Shown here: positions 37,343 to 43,884 of the stretch, in pieces
How positions within the stretch are numbered: the first letter of the stretch is position 1
Layout: every line of letters starts with the position of its first letter
Assembly: GCA_016937995.1 (NCBI GenBank)
Contig: JAFGVM010000002.1
Location: 1-43,884 of the forward strand
Length of the DNA stretch: 43,884 bases
Reading direction: 5' to 3'
Source: Candidatus Delongbacteria bacterium
GTDB lineage: Bacteria; UBA4055
Made by a program: the position numbers and the translations under genes
The notes under the pieces: model-generated
Told to the model about the DNA's origin: nothing
Databases searched by the model: none
The model's input: the letters and a program-made list of their open reading frames with translations, nothing else

Positions 37343-39102
37343 AGATCAATGTAATGTTTATATACGTGTTTCTTATTATTTTAAATATTTCTAATCTAAA
37401 CTCTCAATCTATTAAGCAGGGATATAGATTAGACTGTAAAGATGATATCTTAGATATTGTGGACGGAGAAGAAGAAGTAAATACACTTTTAGAAATGTCT
37501 AAATTTGAAATGTCAAAAATGAATGATCAGCAAAAAGGCATTGAATATCTCCTACAGGCAAGAGACCTATCCAAAGAAATCAATTTCACGCAAGGGATCA
37601 TCAAATCTCATACTACACTGGGAGAGATATATTATGCTTCAGGAAATTACAACGAAGCTATAAATTATTTTATGGAAGCTGTTGAAATATTACAGACTTC
37701 TGAACCTGGTGGTGATCTGTATTCTCTGTACACAATGATAGGATGGTGTTACTATGAGCAGAAAGATTTTGACAACCTTATCAAATATTGCGAACTGTCT
37801 CTCGAAACAGGAAGGACAATAAACAAAAAACATGATAAAAAGAACCTGATAGCTAACGCATATTACAATATGACACTCGGTTACAGAGGAAAGTTCGAAT
37901 ATGACAAAGCATTGAATTATACATTCAAAGCTTTAAAATTCTATGAAGAAACTGAAAGTTACTGGGGTATCGGTAAATGCTATAATGCAATCGGCGATCT
38001 GAACGAAATGCTTGGTAATTTTAAAATTGCATTCGACTCTTACAAAAAAGCCGAAAAACTGTTTGAAGAATACAATTCACCTGCTGATCTATCAGTTATT
38101 TACTTCAATCTCGGATCGATGCATAAAGTTTTCGGTCAATATAAAGATGCTTTAAAATATATTGATAAAAGTTTAAAACTCGCAAAGAGCTTAAAAAGTG
38201 AAAGAATGATAAAAGACTGCTACTTCGGTCTTTACGGCCTCTATAATCTTTTGAAAAATTTTGAACAGGCCAATAAATATTATATGCTGTTTCATTCCTA
38301 TACGAATGAATCTTCTCCTGCAAATTCTTCACTGGCTAAGATCGAGATAGATTATGAGATATCAAAGAAGGAAATGGAATCAAATTATGAACTTCAAAAA
38401 GAAAGAGCTAAACGATACCTTTATGTTGTTGGATTCATATTCATTTTATCCTTAATGTATTTTCTTACATACCGAAAACTTAAGCAGAGAAGGATAAACG
38501 AACTTAGACTTGATAAAAGAAGAGTTAAAGCTGAGCTTTCTTCACTGGAATCAAAGATAAATCCGCATTTTTTCTTTAATTCATTGAGCTCAATTTCAAC
38601 TCTGATCACCGTAAATCCTGAGAATGCAAAAAAGATGCTTCAAAATATTTCAGGATTATTCAGATATGCATTGAGAACATCAAAAAATCAATTCGTTAAT
38701 CTCGATGAAGAGATCTCTATAGTTAAAAAATATCTGGAACTTGAAAAGATCAGATTTGGTAAAAGACTTGAGTTTGAGTTCAATATACCTGATCTGTTAT
38801 ATAACGTAAAGCTTCCTCCTCTGCTTATACAGCCTTTAGTTGAAAACAGTATCAAGCATGGTATTTCTGATAACATTGAAGGTGGAAAAATAGTGATCAC
38901 ATGTGAAGAAGTTTCAAATGATACTATCGAGATCAGAGTAAAAGATAACGGTCTCGGAGAATCCACTAACGGTAATGGTACTGGTTTTGGATTGAACAGT
39001 ATTAAAGAACGTCTTGAATTGATGTTCAAAAAAGATTATCTTTTTGAGATAAAAAAAGATAACGGATTTGAAGTCAGGATCCGTATCCCGAAGATAGTAT
39101 AG
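37339..39102 (+). CDS. TPR-repeat sensor histidine kinase, LytS/YehU type
   Basis: Signal peptide, TPR repeats and one TM helix, then INPHFFFNSL, YLELEKIRF, QPLVENSIKHG, DNGLG and GFGL motifs. Confidence 0.93.
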   Translation: MKINVMFIYVFLIILNISNLNSQSIKQGYRLDCKDDILDIVDGEEEVNTLLEMSKFEMSKMNDQQKGIEYLLQARDLSKEINFTQGIIKSHTTLGEIYYASGNYNEAINYFMEAVEILQTSEPGGDLYSLYTMIGWCYYEQKDFDNLIKYCELSLETGRTINKKHDKKNLIANAYYNMTLGYRGKFEYDKALNYTFKALKFYEETESYWGIGKCYNAIGDLNEMLGNFKIAFDSYKKAEKLFEEYNSPADLSVIYFNLGSMHKVFGQYKDALKYIDKSLKLAKSLKSERMIKDCYFGLYGLYNLLKNFEQANKYYMLFHSYTNESSPANSSLAKIEIDYEISKKEMESNYELQKERAKRYLYVVGFIFILSLMYFLTYRKLKQRRINELRLDKRRVKAELSSLESKINPHFFFNSLSSISTLITVNPENAKKMLQNISGLFRYALRTSKNQFVNLDEEISIVKKYLELEKIRFGKRLEFEFNIPDLLYNVKLPPLLIQPLVENSIKHGISDNIEGGKIVITCEEVSNDTIEIRVKDNGLGESTNGNGTGFGLNSIKERLELMFKKDYLFEIKKDNGFEVRIRIPKIV

Positions 39103-39207
39103 AACATCCAATATCCAACACGTAACATCCAAGTAAGAAGTAAAATCGTAAAGACGCTCTACATGAGCGTCTCATAAGTAATCGTAAGGGTTCAACAACT
39201 TGAACCC
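39103..39207 (+). repeat. Heptamer tract followed by two tandem REP-like palindromes
   Basis: AACATCC AATATCC AACACGT AACATCC; GTAAAGACGCTCTACATGAGCGTCT (39148..39172); GTAAGGGTTCAACAACTTGAACCC (39184..39207). Confidence 0.75.
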
Positions 39208-39239
39208 GATACATAGACAAACAAAAACGGAAAATTAAT

Positions 39240-39995
39240 ATGATCTACAAAACCTTAATAATCGAAGATGAAGAACTTTCACAGCAGGGTCTGATAAAAT
39301 TACTTGAAAATTTTGATGAGATCGAAGTGATCGGATCAGCTGATAATGGTGTGGAAGCAGTTCAAAAAATAAATGAATTAAAACCTGATCTTATTTTCCT
39401 AGATATTCAAATGCCCGGGAAAACAGGTTTTGAAGTTCTTCAGGATATTGAGTATATGCCTATTGTAATATTCACTACCGCCTATGATGAATATGCTCTT
39501 AAAGCTTTTGAGACCAACTCTATAGATTACCTTTTAAAACCTATTGAAGATGACAGACTTGCAAAAGCAATTGACAAGCTGAATAAAATGAAAAGTGGTT
39601 CAGTAGAAGGTGATGATCCTTTCGAGAAAAAGATAAATAATCTTCTTGTACAGCTTCAAAATCAGCAGGGAACTTTGAGCAGGATACATATCAAGATCGG
39701 AGATGAAGTTCTTTTTGTTAACCTTAAGGATGCTTATTATTTTAAAGCTGATAATAAATATACTTCAATTTTCACAAACAACGATGAATATATCCTGAAT
39801 GATACTCTGGCTTCTCTGGAAGAAAGACTTCCTGACAATTTCGTAAGGATACACCGAGGCTATATTATCAATATGGATCATCTGAAAAAACTAAAAAAGT
39901 GGTTTGGAGGGAAGTATATTGCCGTATTGAACGACAAGAACAATACAGAAGTACCTGTGAGCCGCAGTTGTAAGGATAAATTATTCAAAGAATAA
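39240..39995 (+). CDS. LytR/AlgR family response regulator (REC + LytTR)
   Basis: IIEDE, FLDIQMPG, FTTAYDEYA, DYLLKP, FVRIHRGYIIN and VPVSRS motifs. Confidence 0.95.
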   Translation: MIYKTLIIEDEELSQQGLIKLLENFDEIEVIGSADNGVEAVQKINELKPDLIFLDIQMPGKTGFEVLQDIEYMPIVIFTTAYDEYALKAFETNSIDYLLKPIEDDRLAKAIDKLNKMKSGSVEGDDPFEKKINNLLVQLQNQQGTLSRIHIKIGDEVLFVNLKDAYYFKADNKYTSIFTNNDEYILNDTLASLEERLPDNFVRIHRGYIINMDHLKKLKKWFGGKYIAVLNDKNNTEVPVSRSCKDKLFKE

Positions 39996-40009
39996 TTTAT
40001 CCTTACAAC
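39967..40009. repeat. Perfect 20-bp inverted repeat overlapping the LytTR gene stop
   Basis: gttgtaaggataaattattc-aaa-gaataatttatccttacaac. Confidence 0.9.
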
Positions 40010-40010
40010 C

Positions 40011-40178
40011 GTAGGGGCGTATCACTATACGCCCTAAAAAACATAAAAAGAACGCAACTTGCGTTTTTTTTTTTGCATCGGTAATACCGAACAAGGGATC
40101 AGATCCCCTTGTTGCAACAATCGTTGTTACCAGGAATGAATAATGGTTTGTTTCGAGCGTATATTGATACGCCCCTGC
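40011..40178. repeat. Inverted REP doublet enclosing a terminator and a third palindrome
   Basis: GTAGGGGCGTATCACTATACGCCC (40011..40034, +), GCAGGGGCGTATCAATATACGCTC (40178..40155, -) and ACAAGGGATCAGATCCCCTTGT at 40091. Confidence 0.8.
40046..40074 (+). terminator. Intrinsic terminator after the two-component operon
   Basis: aacgca-act-tgcgtt followed by a long T-run. Confidence 0.65.
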
Positions 40179-40275
40179 ATTCGGGGTTCATTTTTATTTT
40201 ATTTACCTTGGTTTTCATATTACTTTTTCTTTTATTCCACTGCTTGTTACTTTAATTAATTATTGATAAAATCCA

Positions 40276-42021
40276 ATGCTCGTCAGCTTAAAAAATATCT
40301 CTATCGGTTTTGGTGGTCCTGAAGTTCTCAGTAGAGCTGATTTTCAGATAAACGAAAATGACAGGATATGTCTACTGGGCAGAAATGGATCAGGAAAATC
40401 CACTCTGCTGATGATCATTCACGGATCGTTAACAGCTGATTCCGGTGATATTATTCGTCAGAAAGGTTTAACTACAGGTTATTTGAGTCAGGACATACCT
40501 GTTTTAGCTGGCAGTGTAAAAGATATAGTGGCAGAAGGTGTCTCTGACAGCTGGAAAAAAATCGCTCTGATAGATAAGATAATAACACGGCTAGAGCTTG
40601 ATCCTTCCCAGAACTACGAGGATCTTTCAGTTGGATTGAAAAGAAGAACTATACTTGCCCGTGAACTTGTTAAAGAACCTGATATTCTATTGCTTGATGA
40701 ACCCACAAATCATCTTGATGTAAATTCAATAATATGGCTTGAACGCTTCTTCAGTAAATACAATAAAAGTTTAGTTTTTGTTACTCACGACAGAGCTTTT
40801 CTGCAGAAAATTGCAAACTCCATTTATGAGCTTGATCGTGGTCTGGTTCGTGGTTGGAATTGTGACTATAATACCTTTCTGGAGAGAAGAGAGGCTGATC
40901 TTTCTGCTGAAGAAGAGGAAAATCGTTTGTTTGACAGAAAACTTGCTCTTGAAGAGGTGTGGATAAGAAAAGGTATCAAAGCAAGAAGAACACGGAATGA
41001 AGGCAGAGTTCGGGCACTTAAGAAATTACGAACAGAAAGAGAGCAACGTAAAGAATTATCAGGAACAACAAACTTTCTACTTCAGCAGAGCATTTTAAGT
41101 GGGAAACAAGTGATCCAGGCAAAAGATATCAGTTTTTCATATCCTGACAAAAAGATAATGGCTAATTTCAGTACGACTATTATGCGTGGTGATAAGATCG
41201 GGATCTTAGGTCAGAACGGATGCGGAAAATCGACTCTGTTAAAATTATTAGTTAAAGAACTTTCACCTCAGGAAGGGTCTGTTGAACATGGTGTTAATCT
41301 GAACATTGCTTACTTTGATCAGACACGATTAGCTCTGGATGAAGACAGATCGATCATTGATAATATTGCAGAGGGTAAGGATTCAGTTAATTTCAACGGT
41401 CAGCAAAGGCATATTTTTTCTTATCTTCAGGATTTCTTATTTTCAAAAGAACGCATGAATACTCCGGTTCGTAATTTATCCGGTGGAGAAAAGAACAGGC
41501 TGCTTTTTGCCAAACTTTTTACCAGACCTGCTAATGTTCTGGTTCTTGATGAACCTACGAATGATCTGGATCAGGAAACACTTGAGCTTCTTGAATCTCT
41601 GCTGGTTGAATTCGAAGGTACCGTACTTATCGTCAGCCACGATCGTGAATTTATAAATAATGTAGTATCAAGTTCTATAATATTTCAACCTGATGGTACA
41701 CTTGAAGAATATATAGGTGGATATGAGAACTGGAGACAAAAAAAGGATACACTTATCAAAAGCTCATCACCTAAGAAAGTAAGGGTTAAGGAAAAAGTAA
41801 GAAAACTTTCATTTAAAGAAAAACAGGAACTTGCAGACCTACCTGCGCTGATCGAAAAACTTGAAGCTGAACAGTCTGAATTACTTAACATTATGTCAGA
41901 TCCTGAATTTTTTAAAATGGATTTAGATGAAATAAAAAAGATCCAAAACCGTCATGCAGAACTGGATCTTATTTTACCTGAAAAATATGAACGCTGGGAA
42001 GAACTGGAAGCTATCCAGTAA
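40276..42021 (+). CDS. uup: ABC-F family ATPase Uup
   Basis: Two ABC cassettes (GRNGSGKST, GQNGCGKST, LSGGEKNRL), linker WIRKGIKARRTRNEGRVRAL and C-terminal KLSFKE...YERWEELE. Confidence 0.92.
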   Translation: MLVSLKNISIGFGGPEVLSRADFQINENDRICLLGRNGSGKSTLLMIIHGSLTADSGDIIRQKGLTTGYLSQDIPVLAGSVKDIVAEGVSDSWKKIALIDKIITRLELDPSQNYEDLSVGLKRRTILARELVKEPDILLLDEPTNHLDVNSIIWLERFFSKYNKSLVFVTHDRAFLQKIANSIYELDRGLVRGWNCDYNTFLERREADLSAEEEENRLFDRKLALEEVWIRKGIKARRTRNEGRVRALKKLRTEREQRKELSGTTNFLLQQSILSGKQVIQAKDISFSYPDKKIMANFSTTIMRGDKIGILGQNGCGKSTLLKLLVKELSPQEGSVEHGVNLNIAYFDQTRLALDEDRSIIDNIAEGKDSVNFNGQQRHIFSYLQDFLFSKERMNTPVRNLSGGEKNRLLFAKLFTRPANVLVLDEPTNDLDQETLELLESLLVEFEGTVLIVSHDREFINNVVSSSIIFQPDGTLEEYIGGYENWRQKKDTLIKSSSPKKVRVKEKVRKLSFKEKQELADLPALIEKLEAEQSELLNIMSDPEFFKMDLDEIKKIQNRHAELDLILPEKYERWEELEAIQ

Positions 42022-42047
42022 AGACGACCTACATGGGCGTCTCTTAC
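42018..42047. repeat. REP-like palindrome spanning both stop codons of convergent uup and tex
   Basis: GTAAAGACGACCTACATGGGCGTCTCTTAC; same class as 39148. Confidence 0.75.
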
Positions 42048-43884
42048 GAGAGCTTCTTCATACTCAGCCCAACTCGTCCCTTTTCTTTATCAATTGAAAA
42101 CACTGAAACATCGACGATATCACCGACTTTTACTATCTCTGACGGATTTTTTACGAATTTGTCTGCCATTTGCGAAACATGAACCAAGGCATCCTGCTTT
42201 ATACCAATATCAACGAAAGCTCCAAAATCAACAATATTTCTCACTGTCCCTTTGAGTTTCATTCCAACACTAAGATCTTCTGCTTTCAGAACATCACTAC
42301 GAAGTATCGGTTTGGATAATTCCTCTCTGGGATCACGACCCGGTTTCTGAAGATTTTCCAGAATATCGATTAAAGTTGGAAGTCCGACACCAATCTTTTC
42401 AGCAAGCTCTTTATCAGGCTTAATATTACGAATAGTTTCTATGGTTTCAGAGTGATTAATTTCTTTGTTCTGTAGATCATGTATTTTCAATAACTTATCT
42501 ACAGCTGTATAACTTTCAGGATGTATTGCTGTAATATCTAATGGGTTCGTACCGTTACTGATCTTCAGGAAACCTGCACATTGTTCAAATACTTTTAGAG
42601 ACATTTTGGTTATATTCTTCAATTCAGCTCTACTTTTATAATATCCATGACTGTTTCGAAGATCAATAACTTTCTCTGCTGCTCTTTTAGTAAGCCCGGA
42701 GACTCTGCAGAGAAGTGGTGATGAAGCTGTATTAAGATCAACACCGACATGATTAACTACCGATTCAACAACAGTATCAAGCCTTTGATCAAGCACTTTT
42801 TGATTGATATCATGCTGATATAGCCCTACACCAATAGACTTAGGATCGATCTTAACAAGTTCTGCTAAAGGATCAAGAACTCTTCTCGCTATTGAAATAT
42901 TCCCTCTCTGAGCAGCTTCGAGATCAGGGAATTCTTCCTGAGCGATCTTTGATGCTGAATAAACAGATGCTCCAGCTTCATTTACTATTAGATATTTACA
43001 TTCAAGGTTATTATCTTTGATCATACCTGCTACGATAGACTCAGTTTCACGACTGGCAGTACCATTTCCTATAGCTATAACTTGAACCTTATAAAGCTTG
43101 ATAGTTTTGACCATTAGATCTACAGCTTCAGCAGTTTTTCTCTGAGGTGGATGAGGGTACATTGTATTTCCGTATAGATATTTACCGGTTGGATCTATCA
43201 CAGCTATTTTACAGCCTGATATAAAGCCCGGGTCAATTCCCATTATCACATTGTTTAGTAAAGGCGGTTGTAAAAGTAATTGTCTGAGATTCGTAGCAAA
43301 TACTTCTACTGCATGAAGTTCAGCTTTTTCAGTCAGTTCTTTTCTTACTTCTCTTTCAAGAGATGGAAATAAAAGTCTTTTCCAACTGTCTTTGATAACG
43401 TCTTCTATCATGTCATTAAAAAATGACCTGTCAGTATGAAAGAAACACTTTCGAATAGTATTGTTTAAAATATCCTGCTCATAATCGAGGCTTATCTTTA
43501 AAACACCCTCTGATTCACCCCTGTTTATTGCAAGTATCTGGTGAGGTTTGATATACTTAACCGATATTTTAAAATCGTGATATATTTGATAAACATCTTT
43601 TGCTTTTTTATCTGATTGTTGAGAGTAGCTACTTGTAGGCTGAGGTTCGTCTTCATCATCAGAGGTCTTTTTGACTTTTTCTTTAGCTTTTTCAGAGATA
43701 ATAGTACTACGATTCTGTAAATATTCCCTGCAGAACTTACGGATCGAAGCATGTTCTGCTATCATTTCTGACAAGATACCCTTTGCACCGTTAATAGCTT
43801 CTTCTGTATCGTTCACACCTTTATCTACATTGATATATTTATTACATTCAGCTTTAAAGTCACCTGAGAAATTAGAATTATTCA
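42044..43884 (-). CDS. tex: Tex family RNA-binding transcriptional accessory protein; 5' end truncated by the window edge
   Basis: LAINRGE, GIDPGF..GCK, IGNGTASRE, VNEAGASVYSAS, SIGVGLYQHD, HhH and S1 (FGAFVDIG) motifs. The frame stays open beyond 43816 to the window end. Confidence 0.95.
   Translation of the reverse strand, partial: NNSNFSGDFKAECNKYINVDKGVNDTEEAINGAKGILSEMIAEHASIRKFCREYLQNRSTIISEKAKEKVKKTSDDEDEPQPTSSYSQQSDKKAKDVYQIYHDFKISVKYIKPHQILAINRGESEGVLKISLDYEQDILNNTIRKCFFHTDRSFFNDMIEDVIKDSWKRLLFPSLEREVRKELTEKAELHAVEVFATNLRQLLLQPPLLNNVIMGIDPGFISGCKIAVIDPTGKYLYGNTMYPHPPQRKTAEAVDLMVKTIKLYKVQVIAIGNGTASRETESIVAGMIKDNNLECKYLIVNEAGASVYSASKIAQEEFPDLEAAQRGNISIARRVLDPLAELVKIDPKSIGVGLYQHDINQKVLDQRLDTVVESVVNHVGVDLNTASSPLLCRVSGLTKRAAEKVIDLRNSHGYYKSRAELKNITKMSLKVFEQCAGFLKISNGTNPLDITAIHPESYTAVDKLLKIHDLQNKEINHSETIETIRNIKPDKELAEKIGVGLPTLIDILENLQKPGRDPREELSKPILRSDVLKAEDLSVGMKLKGTVRNIVDFGAFVDIGIKQDALVHVSQMADKFVKNPSEIVKVGDIVDVSVFSIDKEKGRVGLSMKKLS

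Noticed and set aside
4242-43752. Remaining 60-171 aa ORFs nested in or antisense to long genes (e.g. 13244, 19351, 21381, 24240, 33004, 38688)
   Set aside because: They overlap well-supported genes and show no recognisable motifs.

Overview
AT-rich bacterial chromosomal window with no rRNA, tRNA, CRISPR array or prophage visible. Secreted proteins with 'QNYPNPFNP' T9SS-type C-terminal domains and a gingipain-like protease suggest an FCB-superphylum anaerobe such as Delongbacteria or Cloacimonadota (inference only). Housekeeping genes: rdgB, a stand-alone carboxyltransferase, pabABC, rpe, a TIGR03960-like radical SAM fusion, MATE, uup and tex. Exported proteases: two tandem papain-family paralogs (one missed by the ORF track because it runs off the left edge), a C25 gingipain-like enzyme, a permuted NlpC/P60 enzyme and a metallopeptidase-propeller-Omp85 protein. 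The most notable observations are: (1) a REP-associated tyrosine transposase carrying an in-frame REP doublet, with several REP classes, 7-nt periodic tracts, a shared 16-bp palindrome and perfect hairpins across the intergenic spaces; (2) a locus with two unannotated 53-aa ORFs, an ankyrin/metallo-beta-lactamase fusion, a beta-propeller and a TPR-LytS/LytTR pair; (3) a membrane protein with two degenerate GlmU-like nucleotidyltransferase domains. All family calls come from motif recognition by eye; no database search was run.
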